From a virus (lineage: Duplodnaviria; Caudoviricetes): 64,000 bases of DNA. Below the pieces are notes generated by a model that did not search any database, had not been told where the DNA came from, and saw only the letters and a program-made list of their open reading frames with translations. Position numbers and translations under genes: made by a program. Positions 46,597-56,169 of the stretch are shown piece by piece (within the stretch, counting starts at the first letter, position 1; the number at the start of each line of letters is the position of its first letter). The stretch lies in IMG/VR virus record IMGVR_UViG_2861773553_000003, positions 20,849-84,848 of that record. The stretch is one strand, 5' to 3'.

Positions 46597-47928
46597 GTGC
46601 CGCTCAGCGCGCTGACCTCTCCGCCCCTGGTCTTCGTCGAGGGCGGGTCGCTGATCAGCACCGCCGCGTTCGCGGCTCCGGCCGGCTCGCTCCTGGTCGC
46701 CGTGCTGATGGCCGAGGAGGCCTCGGCCGCGCTGACGGTGTCCTCCAGCCCCGCGCTGACCTGGACCAGCCGGGCCAAGACCACCGCACCCCTGGGCCAG
46801 GTGCGCATCTACACCGCCGCCGTGCCCGCCGCCCAGGCCGCGCTGACCGTGAGCGGCCAGACCAACCAGGACGACCTGGGGCTCAAGGTGTTCGCCTTCG
46901 GGGGCGCCGACCTGGCCATCCCGGTCGGGCAGGTCTACCAGAGCGCCACCAACGACGGCTCCGGCAGCATCACGCCGACCCTGTACTCCTCCAGCGTGGC
47001 GGGGACCTGGACCGTGGGCGGCGCGACGGAGTTCTCCGCCAACGGCACCCTGACCTCGACCGACGTGGGCGAAGCGTTCAAGGTCTACCTGAACGTGGAC
47101 GGTATCGCGCTGCGCAAAGCGGCGCCCACCGCCACGGCCGGCACGCCCGTCACGCTGCACGCGTCCACGTCGGCCACCTCGGGGCGCAACTGGGCGATGG
47201 CCGCGATCGAGGTGCGGCCCGCGCCGGGATCGGCACCGGTTCTGACCCCGGCGGCCCAGCTCGCCATAGTCCGCCCGCTGCCCCGGAGCAAGGCCCGCCC
47301 GACGGCGGCGGGCGCCGAGGCCGCGTCCGTCCTCCCCCTGCGGGCCGCCACGTCTGCGCCGCTACTGGCCGCGCTCCAGACCACCCAGGCCCGGCCGTTG
47401 CCCGCCGGCAAGCGACGCCCGCTCGGCGGCGCCCACGCCGGCCAGGTCGCCTCTTCGCCCGGCGCGGCTCACGCCGTGGCGATCACGGGCCCCTCCACCG
47501 CCGAGGCGGCACTGCCGGTGTCGGGCCAGCGGCGGATCGGCGCGGTCGTCGAGGCCGGGGACTGCCGGCCGCTGCTGCCGTCCAAGAGCCGCCTCCTGGC
47601 GCCCGCCGCGCATCTGGCCGGCGCCGGCGCCGTACGCCGGGGCCGCGGCGGCGCGCTCGCGCCCGTCCCGGTCTCGTCGAGCGTGGTGCCCTTCGGCGCG
47701 CGCAAGGACCGCGCGCTGCCCCCGGCGGGGCACACGTCCACGGCGGCGATGATCCGTCCGCTGCCGCCGCAGTTCGTGCCGCTGCTCCCGGCCCTGACCG
47801 CCGGCCAGGCCCGCCCGCTGGGGCGGCCGAGCGCCCCGCTGGCGGCCCGGGGCCCCGTGCGCCTGTTCGGCCTGCGCGCCTCGGGCCGCGCCTGGCGTGC
47901 CTGGCGGGCGGGCCCGCCCGAGGACTGA
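46597..47928 (+). CDS. Minor virion protein, paralog B
   Basis: Shares LVAV...SSPALxW...KVxAFxG...GxWxVG...NGT...ALRK with paralog A. Confidence 0.65.
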   Translation: MPLSALTSPPLVFVEGGSLISTAAFAAPAGSLLVAVLMAEEASAALTVSSSPALTWTSRAKTTAPLGQVRIYTAAVPAAQAALTVSGQTNQDDLGLKVFAFGGADLAIPVGQVYQSATNDGSGSITPTLYSSSVAGTWTVGGATEFSANGTLTSTDVGEAFKVYLNVDGIALRKAAPTATAGTPVTLHASTSATSGRNWAMAAIEVRPAPGSAPVLTPAAQLAIVRPLPRSKARPTAAGAEAASVLPLRAATSAPLLAALQTTQARPLPAGKRRPLGGAHAGQVASSPGAAHAVAITGPSTAEAALPVSGQRRIGAVVEAGDCRPLLPSKSRLLAPAAHLAGAGAVRRGRGGALAPVPVSSSVVPFGARKDRALPPAGHTSTAAMIRPLPPQFVPLLPALTAGQARPLGRPSAPLAARGPVRLFGLRASGRAWRAWRAGPPED

Positions 47929-47939
47929 GGGGAGGCCCG

Positions 47940-48233
47940 GTGGAGCCGATCAGCTCGCTCTCACGCGAGTACCTGTACTTCGTCATCCAGGGCGCGGCCG
48001 GCTTCGAGCCGGTGGAGGTGGCCTTCACCGCCCCCGGCGTCGAGCCGACGAGCGGCCAGTGGCAGGCCGCCTCCTGGACCTCGCCGTCGGCCGACGGCCT
48101 GCCGCGCGCCCGGATCCTGGTCGGCCCCGGATCGCCGGTGGTGCTCACCGACGGCACCTACCAGGCGTGGGTCCGCATCACCGGCACCGTCGAGCAGCCG
48201 GTCCTGCCCTGCGGCCTGATCCCCGTCACCTGA
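47940..48233 (+). CDS. Small Ig-like virion protein
   Basis: GGAGG RBS; RILVGPG...LTDGTYQAWVRIT. Confidence 0.65.
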   Translation: MEPISSLSREYLYFVIQGAAGFEPVEVAFTAPGVEPTSGQWQAASWTSPSADGLPRARILVGPGSPVVLTDGTYQAWVRITGTVEQPVLPCGLIPVT

Positions 48234-48254
48234 CCTTTTGAGCTGGGAGAAATC

Positions 48255-48506
48255 GTGAACAAGGCCCCTGCGGTCGGCTCCATCGTGCACTACACCTCCT
48301 ACGGCACGCCCGGCGGGGAGTACACGCGCACCTGCCGCGCGGCGATCGTCACCGAGGTCGGCCAGGACGGCTGGACCCTCGGCCTGGCCGTCTTCAACCC
48401 GACCGGCACGCACTACGCCCGCGGGGTCGGCCGCTCGGACCAACTGCCGGCCTCCGACGCGCATCCGGGCGGCAGCTGGCACTGGCCCGAGCGGGTCCTG
48501 GGTTAG
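48255..48506 (+). CDS. Conserved small phage protein
   Basis: PAVGSIVHY...CRAAIVTEV...FNPTG...WHWPER. Confidence 0.75.
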   Translation: MNKAPAVGSIVHYTSYGTPGGEYTRTCRAAIVTEVGQDGWTLGLAVFNPTGTHYARGVGRSDQLPASDAHPGGSWHWPERVLG

Positions 48507-48518
48507 CCCCACCGCTGC

Positions 48519-48538
48519 CGCACGCGTGCGCGCGTGCG
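48519..48538. promoter_or_regulatory. Dispersed palindrome upstream of the portal gene
   Basis: Exact, intergenic. Confidence 0.8.
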
Positions 48539-48613
48539 TGTCCTGCCCCGCCGGAGGACCCTCGGCCGCCCCGCTCGTCGGCGGCGGGTCCTCCTCACCT
48601 GAGATGAGGTGTG

Positions 48614-49790
48614 ATGCCGCTCCCCACGACGGACCAGGAGTGGCCGCCGCCGCACACCCGCCCTGAGCAGCGGCTGTACGCGCAGTGGGGGGCCTGGTAC
48701 AGCGGCGACCCGGACCGGCTGGGCCAGGTGTACGGCGCGGGCGCGGTGCCGGGGCTGGGACTGGACCTCAAGGGATACGACCGCCCGCTGCAATATGCCG
48801 GTGGCGTCGTGGGCCGGGTCGCCCGCTGGTTCTGGGGCGCCCCGACCCCGGCCGGACAGAGCAGGAGCACCAAACTCCATGTGCCCATCGCCTCCGACAT
48901 CGCCGCCACTTCCGCCGACTTGTTGTTCTCGGAGCCGCCGACCCTGCGCGTACCGGGCACCAAGGCGCAGCGGCGCCTGGACCAGGTGCTGGCCGAGGGC
49001 GGGGTCTACGGCGTGCTGCTGGAGGCCGCGGAACTGGCGGCCGCCTACGGAGGGGCGTACTTAAGGGCCGGCTGGGACACCACCATGCACGACTTCCCGG
49101 TGCTCGACGTGCTCCCGGCCGATGCGGGGATCCCAGAGTTCGTCTGCGGCCGGTTGTACGCGGTGACGTTCTGGCGGGTCCTGAGTGAAGATCACCGCCA
49201 GGTGTGGCGGCATTTGGAACGGCACGAGCTCGGCCGGGTGTTCCACGGCCTCTACCTCGGCGACCCGGATCGGCTGGGTTACCAGGTGCCACTGGAGGAC
49301 CACCCCGAGACCGCGGGGTTCGCGGCGATGGTGGACAGCGACGGGGGCTTCGACAGCGGCTTCTCCAAGGGCCTGCTGGTGTCCTACATCCCCAACATGC
49401 GCCCCCACAGGACGTTGCGCGGGACCAGCCTGGGGCGCAGCGACTACGCGGGCGTCGAGATGCTGATGGACGCTCTGGACGAGACCTACACCAGCTGGCT
49501 ACGGGACCTGCGGCTGGCCAAGGCGAGGATCATCGTCCCGGAGGTCTTCCTCGCCAACACCGGCCGGGGCCGGGGCAGCTGGTGGGACCCCGATCGCGAG
49601 ATCTACAGCGGCCTGGGGATGCTCCCGGCGCCGGACGGCAGCGCCGGGAACATGATCACGCTGTCGCAGTTCGCGATCCGGGTGACCGAGCATCTGGAGA
49701 CCGCGCGCAGCCTGACCGCGCAGATCCTGCGCGGCGCCGGCTACAGCGTGCAGTCCTTCGGGGAGGCCGGGCAGGAGGGGGCGGCCGCCC
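48614..49790 (+). pseudogene. Phage portal protein, 3'-truncated
   Basis: AWYSGD, LHVPIASDIA..SADLLFSEP, LGRSDY, DALDETYTSW.RD, QFAIR; the frame becomes Arg-rich and non-native after about 49790. Confidence 0.85.
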
Positions 49791-50867
49791 GCCGATCTGC
49801 TCGACCGGCTCTCGGCCGAGCAGCGGGAGGCCCTGACGCCGCAGGAGATCGAGGTCCTGCCGTGGATCTGGTCCTGGCGGCAGGGCGTGCTGCACGAGCA
49901 CGCCCTCGACCGCCGCCATGGCCGCGACACGCTGCCCGAGGAGCTGGAGATGGTGCGCCGTCGCGCCGAGCTCACCGCGCTGCCCGTGGAGCAGCGCCGC
50001 GCCGTCCTGCTCGCGCCCGGCGGCGCCCGGCGGCTCGCCGAGGCGGGCATGACGTGGGAGACCCTCGCCGGGTGGCTGCACGGGCCGATGGACGCGGCCG
50101 CGTGGGCGGCCATCATCCCTTCCATGGGCTACATGGCGCGGCTGCGGAACCTGCGCAACTTCGACGAGGCGGACGTGCCGGACGAGGTCATCGCCCCGGT
50201 GCTCGCGCAGCTGGCCGACCCCGAGCAGGTGCGCCGGTCCCGGCAGCTGCCGTTCCGCTTCTACAGCGCCTACAAGTCCGCGCCCAGCCTGCGCTGGGGA
50301 CACGCCCTGGAACAGGCGCTGGGGCACGCGGTGGGCAACATCCCCGCCCTCGGGGGCCGCACGCTCGTCCTGGTGGACACCTCGGCCTCCATGCAGGCGC
50401 CGCTGTCCGGCCGCTCATCGGTCTCCCGGGTGGAGGTGGGGGCGCTGTTCGGCGTCGCGTTTGCCGCACGCACACGCGCGTGCGACCTGGTGGGCTTCGC
50501 CAACGGCGTCTTCACGCACCACCTGCGGCCGGCCGCGTCGGTACTGAAGCAGACGCAGGCGTTCACCGAGCGAATCGGCGAAGTCGGGCACGGCACCGAC
50601 ATCCCCGGCGCGGTGCGCGCCGCCTACGCCGGGCACGAGCGCGTGGTCATCGTCTCGGACATGCAGACGATCGGCTCACCGGGCCGGGGCGTGTCGGACC
50701 TGGTGCCCGCGCACGTGCCGATCTACGGGTTCAACCTGGCCGGATACGCCGCCGGGGCGATGCCGACGGGGTCGGCCAACCGGCACGAGTTCGGCGGTCT
50801 GTCCGACGCGACCTGGCAGATGATGGCGCTCCTGGAGTCGGGGCGCAACGCCGACTGGCCGTTCTGA
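49791..50867 (+). pseudogene. Ro60/TROVE-vWA protein, 5'-truncated
   Basis: AGMTWE, IPSMGYMARLRNLRNF, SRQLPFRF, LVDTSASM (MIDAS), GTD, VSDMQ; N-terminal part absent. Confidence 0.88.
50465..50484. promoter_or_regulatory. Dispersed palindrome inside the TROVE gene
   Basis: Exact CGCACGC-acacgc-GCGTGCG. Confidence 0.7.
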
Positions 50868-50875
50868 TCACAGCC

Positions 50876-50908
50876 GCCGCCGGGCCTCCGCTGCGGGGGC
50901 CCGGCGGC
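50876..50908. terminator. Stem-loop between convergent genes
   Basis: GCCGCCGGGCCTCCGC-T-GCGGGGGCCCGGCGGC. Confidence 0.6.
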
Positions 50909-50928
50909 GCGGTCAGATCGAGAGCGGG

Positions 50929-51048
50929 TCAGATCGATGAGTTGAAAGTGATCCCCGACTCGGGGGCGTCCCCGAGGGCGACCTGGCCGATCACCTCGTC
51001 CAGAGGCGTCTCCGTCACATCGGCCACGATCGTCGTCACGTCGTCCAT
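50929..51048 (-). CDS. FxSxx-COOH RiPP precursor-like peptide (39 aa)
   Basis: MDDVTTIVADVTETPLDEVIGQVALGDAPESGITFNSSI*; acidic leader, C-terminal FNSSI, GGGGTGAG upstream. Confidence 0.7.
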   Translation of the reverse strand: MDDVTTIVADVTETPLDEVIGQVALGDAPESGITFNSSI

Positions 51049-51126
51049 CCGCTCACCCCAGCACCACCGGCCCCGCGCGGTCAAGACGACCCGCGGGGTT
51101 TCGCATGCGCCGAAGGGGGGCGGCGT

Positions 51127-53949
51127 GTGCTTGTCCGGCTGGCCGTCTACGCCCCCAACGGCGCCCGTCAGGGGGTGCTGGCGCACCCGCTGACGCTGGA
51201 GGCGGCCCACCCCCTGGGCGATGTGCCGTCCTTGCGCATCTCCTACTCCGCGCACGGACCCGGCGCCGAGCTGCTGGACGAGCCGTGTGAGATCGCGCTG
51301 GAGTACTCCGCCGACGGCGGGGTGAGCTGGGCCGAGCCGTACGACGGCCGCTTCGTGCGGATCCGCCGCCGCGCCGATGCCGCTGACCGCAGCGGGGCCC
51401 GCGCCGCCGAGCTGCCCGGCTACGCCTGGATGCTCCGCAAGGTCATCCTTTATCCCGGCAGCGCGCCGCTGGTCAGCGGCAAACGAGCGTTCCTCTCGGC
51501 CACCCCGGGCGCGATCATGGCGACCGTCCTGGCCGAAGGGCAGTTCCGGGGCGCCCTGCCCGGCTTGGCCTACGACTTCACCCCGGCCCACGACTCGGCC
51601 GGGGCCGCCTGGCCGCAGATCCTGACCATCTACTACCAACCCGGGATCGACGCCCTCACCGCGCTGATCAACATGTCCGAGCAGGGGCTGATCGACTGGC
51701 GCATGTCCGGCCGGACCTTGCAGCTGTACGCGGCCGACACCACGCTCGGCCGCGACCTGGCCGCCGGGGACGGCCCGGTGGACCTGCGGCTGGGCCGCGA
51801 CGTGCTCGCCGCCCCTGATGAGGCCACCCTCGAAGACGCCGCCAGCGCGGTGCTCGTGCTCGGCGAGGGCGCGTTCGTCCACCAGCAGACCAGCCCCACG
51901 CCGGGGCCGTGGGGCCGCTGGGAACAGTACGTGGCCGCGGGCGGGGTCTCCGACGTCGGCACCGCGACGCTGCTGGCCACCTCGGCGCTGACCCGCGCCG
52001 ACGGTGAGCGCGTCCAGCGCACCCGGCAGATCACCACGCGCACGGCGCGATGGCTGCCCTACCGCGACTACCGCCCCGGCGACTACGTGCTCGCCCCCGG
52101 CGAAGCCGGCCACGCCACGCCGCTGCGGATCCGCCAGATCACCCTGTGGCGCGACGCCGCCGGGGTCGTGGGCGGGGCGCTGACCCTCAACGACCGCTTC
52201 CTGGAGCACCAGATCCGGCTGGCCCGCCGTACGGCGGGCATCGTGGGCGGTTCCACGATCGACGGCGGCACCGGGGCGCGGCCGGCCCCCGAGGCGCCCG
52301 AGCCGCGCACGCCCGCCGCCCCCACCGGGCTGACCGTGGGCGCGGTGGCCTACATCGACGCCGGAGGCTTCCCGGCCGGGCAGATCACCGCGAGCTGGTC
52401 GCCCGTCACCGCCGACGCCGGCGGGGTCGCGCTGACCGTGGGCGGCTACGAGCTGTGGTGGGCGCTCAACGCCACCGGTGCCCCGTGGACGCTGCTGACC
52501 TCCACCACCGCCCCCGACACCACGGCGACGTACTCGCCGCTGACCGTGGGAGAGTCCTACCAGTTCAAGGTCCGCGCGATCAATCTCGGCAAGGCCGGGG
52601 GCTTCTCCCCGCCACAGGCCGTGACGATCCCCGACGACACCACGCCGCCACCCGTCCCGTCCGCGCCGGTGCTGTCCACCCGGCTCGGCGTCATCCACGT
52701 CGAGTGGGACGGCCTGGGCGCGGGAGCCGTACCGATGCCGGCCGACCTGCACCGGGTGCGGGTGTGGATGCAGGACCCGCTCGCGCCGGGCTACGCCGAG
52801 GTCGGGTCCCTGACGTCGGCCGGGTCCATCGTGGTGCCCGACCAGCCGTACGGCGCGAGCCGCCAGTTCCGCCTGACCGCCATCGACCGCAGCAACAACG
52901 AGTCCGCGGCCTCGGCCACCGCGACGATCGCCACCCAGGCCGTGGTCAACACCGATGTGATCGGCGAGGTGCTGGACGCGGCCAAGCTGATCGACGGCAC
53001 CCTGGTGGCCAGCGACAAGGTCGTCGCGGCCTCGATCACCGGTGGGCTGATCCAGTCCCTGGCGATCAACACCGGGCACCTGGCCGCGAACGCGGTGACC
53101 GCCGCCAAGATCGCCGCCGGGCAGATCCAGACCAGCCACCTGCAGGCCAACGCCGTCACCGCCGACAAGCTCCAGGCGGTGCTCACCCTGTCCACCCGGA
53201 TCGTCGCCGGGAACCCGACCGGCGCCCGAGTCGAGCTGAGCACCACCGGCCTGGAGGCCTACAACGCCTCCAGCGTCCAGACCCTGTCCATCTCCGCGAC
53301 CACCGGCGCGGTGTCGATCATCGGGCAGTTGTCGTCCGGCACCACCGGCACCCGCGTCGTCATCAACCCCGCGGGCGCGGCCACCCCCGAGATCCGCTTC
53401 TACCCCTCGGCCGGGACCAACTTCAGCCGTATCTACTCCGACGCCAGCCTGTTCGCCGGCGAGGCCACGCTGATCCAGCGCTCGGGCACCAACGCGGGTT
53501 CCACGGCCGAGACGCTGGTGCAGCACGCGGCCGGCTCCTGGGACGTGTGGGTCCGGCACCCGGGGACGCTGGCGTTCAACGGCGGCCGTCTCAGCGCCGA
53601 GCAATCCCAGGCGATGATCGGCTACCAGACCGCCTCGCTCGTCCAGCGCCTGACGTTCCTGCCGAGCAGTACGCGGCACTCGGGCACCTGGTCCACCGCC
53701 GGCTCCGACGCCGGGCTGCTGATGTACTCGATGCCGTTCAACGGCGGCATCGGTTGGACGCTGTCCTGGCACGCGACCATGGCCTCGGTGCCGCTGGTCG
53801 TCTGGACCGCCGACACCCTGGCCTCCCCGCCGTCCCACATCACGGTCGGCACCTGCGTCACCAACCGCTCCACGACCGGCGTGCTGCTGCTGACCACCTC
53901 GACCGTGGCCATCTCGATCCAGGCGATGGCCTGGGCCTGGCGCATGTGA
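51127..53949 (+). CDS. Tail protein 1 (tail-tip domain, FN3-like domains, AVTAAKI repeats)
   Basis: PAAPTGL...ASWSPV...YQFKVRAIN; 10-aa repeats; late-region position. Confidence 0.85.
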   Translation: MLVRLAVYAPNGARQGVLAHPLTLEAAHPLGDVPSLRISYSAHGPGAELLDEPCEIALEYSADGGVSWAEPYDGRFVRIRRRADAADRSGARAAELPGYAWMLRKVILYPGSAPLVSGKRAFLSATPGAIMATVLAEGQFRGALPGLAYDFTPAHDSAGAAWPQILTIYYQPGIDALTALINMSEQGLIDWRMSGRTLQLYAADTTLGRDLAAGDGPVDLRLGRDVLAAPDEATLEDAASAVLVLGEGAFVHQQTSPTPGPWGRWEQYVAAGGVSDVGTATLLATSALTRADGERVQRTRQITTRTARWLPYRDYRPGDYVLAPGEAGHATPLRIRQITLWRDAAGVVGGALTLNDRFLEHQIRLARRTAGIVGGSTIDGGTGARPAPEAPEPRTPAAPTGLTVGAVAYIDAGGFPAGQITASWSPVTADAGGVALTVGGYELWWALNATGAPWTLLTSTTAPDTTATYSPLTVGESYQFKVRAINLGKAGGFSPPQAVTIPDDTTPPPVPSAPVLSTRLGVIHVEWDGLGAGAVPMPADLHRVRVWMQDPLAPGYAEVGSLTSAGSIVVPDQPYGASRQFRLTAIDRSNNESAASATATIATQAVVNTDVIGEVLDAAKLIDGTLVASDKVVAASITGGLIQSLAINTGHLAANAVTAAKIAAGQIQTSHLQANAVTADKLQAVLTLSTRIVAGNPTGARVELSTTGLEAYNASSVQTLSISATTGAVSIIGQLSSGTTGTRVVINPAGAATPEIRFYPSAGTNFSRIYSDASLFAGEATLIQRSGTNAGSTAETLVQHAAGSWDVWVRHPGTLAFNGGRLSAEQSQAMIGYQTASLVQRLTFLPSSTRHSGTWSTAGSDAGLLMYSMPFNGGIGWTLSWHATMASVPLVVWTADTLASPPSHITVGTCVTNRSTTGVLLLTTSTVAISIQAMAWAWRM

Positions 53950-53967
53950 GCGCCAGGCCGCACCACT

Positions 53968-54792
53968 ATGCTCGGGACGGTGCGGATCGGCGTGGTCTAC
54001 GACGGCGGCTGGTGGGCCCACGTGTCCGATTACTACGCCCACGTGCACCCGGCGCGGGGGCGCATCTCCTTCCAGGGCTTGCACGACCTGCTCCGCTGGC
54101 ATCTCGGGCACCGGGACGCTGAGGTGGAGGCGCACTACGTCCGCGCCCGCTCGGCTCCCTCCCGCGCCTTCGACGCGATCCTGGACACCGCGGGCGTACG
54201 CCGTCATGACGCGGACTGGGCGGGCGGTCAGGAGAAGGGCGCCGACGTCCTGCTCGCCCTGGTCGCCTACGAGCACGCACTGCGACGGCGGTGGGACGTG
54301 GCGGTCCTGCTGACCGGCGACGCCGACTTCCTGCCCCTGGTCGGGCGGCTGCGGCGCGCGCGGGTCCGCGTGGTCGTGCCCAGCCTCGATGTCGATGCCG
54401 GCGCGATACGGCTGCACACCGCCAGCGCGCTGCGCGAGGCCGCCTCCGACGCGCCTGACCTTGAGGATCTACTCGCCGCCGGCACGGCGGGGCGGCACGG
54501 CGGCCTTCCCCCGTTCGTCCGCCGGGAGGCCGGGGCCACGCCGCCCGCGTCCGGCGATCGTCGTACCGGCCAGATCACCCGCTGGCAGGCTGGGGACACG
54601 GCCGGCTTTCTCACCGAGGAGAAGACGGGCCAGTCGTGGTTCGTCTCCCGTGACGACCTGCCCGCCGACAAGCCCGCCCTGCCGGTGGGCACCCGGGTCA
54701 GCTTCACCGGGCGCCCTCACCCGGCGCCGGGCAAGCGCTACCCGCAGGCCCGCTCAGTCACCCCGATCGAGCGAGGCGGCACAGGAGCGTAG
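53968..54792 (+). CDS. NYN (LabA/DUF88) domain protein with C-terminal cold-shock/OB domain
   Basis: VYDG, EKGADVLLAL, LLTGDADFLPL; GQITRW...GFL...SWFV. Confidence 0.85.
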   Translation: MLGTVRIGVVYDGGWWAHVSDYYAHVHPARGRISFQGLHDLLRWHLGHRDAEVEAHYVRARSAPSRAFDAILDTAGVRRHDADWAGGQEKGADVLLALVAYEHALRRRWDVAVLLTGDADFLPLVGRLRRARVRVVVPSLDVDAGAIRLHTASALREAASDAPDLEDLLAAGTAGRHGGLPPFVRREAGATPPASGDRRTGQITRWQAGDTAGFLTEEKTGQSWFVSRDDLPADKPALPVGTRVSFTGRPHPAPGKRYPQARSVTPIERGGTGA

Positions 54793-55013
54793 GGATCGGC
54801 GCGGTGGCTGTCGCAGTACCGGACGAGCATCCGGCCGTGCTCCAGGACGCCGTCCGTGAGACTCACGATCCTGCCCATGGTGATCCACTCGCAGTCGCCG
54901 CACAGGAACGCGGGCGCGAGCTGGTCGCCGCAGCCGGAGCACAGCGCCGCCACGACGGCTCCAGTGACGGACGCGACCGGCTCCAGGTCCATGTGTCCGC
55001 AGGGGGCCGTCAT
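54738..55013 (-). CDS. Small Cys-rich hypothetical protein
   Basis: CGH...CSGC...CGDC...CDSH. Confidence 0.5.
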   Translation of the reverse strand: MTAPCGHMDLEPVASVTGAVVAALCSGCGDQLAPAFLCGDCEWITMGRIVSLTDGVLEHGRMLVRYCDSHRADPYAPVPPRSIGVTERACG

Positions 55014-55489
55014 GGGCTCAGCGTAGTCCCGTACGGCGCTCACTCCGCGGGGAAGGTCGTGATCCGTGCTGACACCAAGCCCGAGTCCTCGGCCGCGTCC
55101 TGTCGCCATCGGGCGCAGCACGGCGCACAGAGTGGGAGCCGGCTTCCTGGGATCCCGTCGTGATCTGGGAGCGTCCAGAGGTACTCGGCGCGCGGCGGGA
55201 TCCCCGAGCTTGGGTGCGCCGCGCACCGCCCGCGCCTGCGGAACTGCTCGTTGGCGGCTGATTCCCCAGGTCAGCGCCTGCTTGGCGGCTGATGGCGCGT
55301 TGGTTATCCGCTGCTCGTTTGGGGCTCATGACGCGTTTCTTACCGGCACCCCTGGTTAACGGCGCCCCTCGTTCTACCTCCTGACGTCCTCCGTCACCTG
55401 CGCGCGTAGCCAGTCGGAGATCGGGATCGAACCGTCGGGGGCGGGGTCGTCCGCGCTCATCCCCGTGATCCTACGGACCTCGGCGGGGG

Positions 55490-56002
55490 GTGGGCCAGTT
55501 GGAGGTCTGGGAGGTCACCGGCGTCGAGGCCATCGACGATGCGCGAGCCTCGATGCCGTTCTGGGTGATCGTCTACCACGTCCCCGAGTCGGTGATGCCC
55601 GGCGGCCACCTGGACTGTTTCGTTCCGAAAGAGGCGGTGGACAACCGGGCCGTCGAGTACGGCCTGACCGACCTGGACCAGGTGCTGCGGATCATCATCT
55701 GGGAGCCGGTGCTGCGCCACTACCAGCAGCGGGCCGGTCTCGCGCCGCCCACGCCCGCGCTGAGCGACGCCGCCGCCGCGCGCGCGGCTTTCGACGCCCA
55801 GGTCGCCGCCGTGACCGATACCTACGCCACCGTCACCGTCGCCGGCGCGAGCCGTACGGCTGGCGCCGGCCGTACGGGCGCACGTCGTACGGCTGACGCC
55901 CTGCAGCCCATCCGGGACGCCACGGTGCTCGATCCCATCCTGCTCGCCGCGCGCCGCCTGGACTTCGACCGGCAGCGCCTCGCCCGAAGGGAGGGCCGGT
56001 GA
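55490..56002 (+). CDS. Tail-associated protein, paralog A
   Basis: W.V..V...PFW...VP..VM.GG.L.C..P...GLTD, shared with the 59269 gene. Confidence 0.7.
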   Translation: MGQLEVWEVTGVEAIDDARASMPFWVIVYHVPESVMPGGHLDCFVPKEAVDNRAVEYGLTDLDQVLRIIIWEPVLRHYQQRAGLAPPTPALSDAAAARAAFDAQVAAVTDTYATVTVAGASRTAGAGRTGARRTADALQPIRDATVLDPILLAARRLDFDRQRLARREGR

Positions 56003-56169
56003 GCGACGACCTGAGCGTGTCGCTAGAGGCGATCATCGCCGAGCTGCGCCGCCGCCACGCGGCCGCGATGGAGGCCCTGGTGTACGAGGTCGCGGTGCTG
56101 GGGGCTGCGGTGGCGCAGCTGCAGGCCGAGCTCGCCGAGGCCCGCCGGGACGGCGGCGATGCCTCCTGA
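55999..56169 (+). CDS. Small coiled-coil protein
   Basis: GGAGG RBS; overlaps both neighbours. Confidence 0.6.
   Translation: MSDDLSVSLEAIIAELRRRHAAAMEALVYEVAVLGAAVAQLQAELAEARRDGGDAS

Noticed and set aside
50911-50937. 11-bp direct repeat GGTCAGATCGA as an insertion target duplication
   Set aside because: The copies are only 5 bp apart and do not flank an element.
48611-51193. 860-aa portal with a novel C-terminal domain
   Set aside because: After about 49790 this frame is Arg/Gly/Ala-rich off-frame translation of the TROVE gene.
50929-54417. 1162-aa minus-strand ORF (and 56033-59305, 1090 aa)
   Set aside because: Antisense shadows of the GC-biased tail genes; only the last 39 codons of the first look like a real gene.
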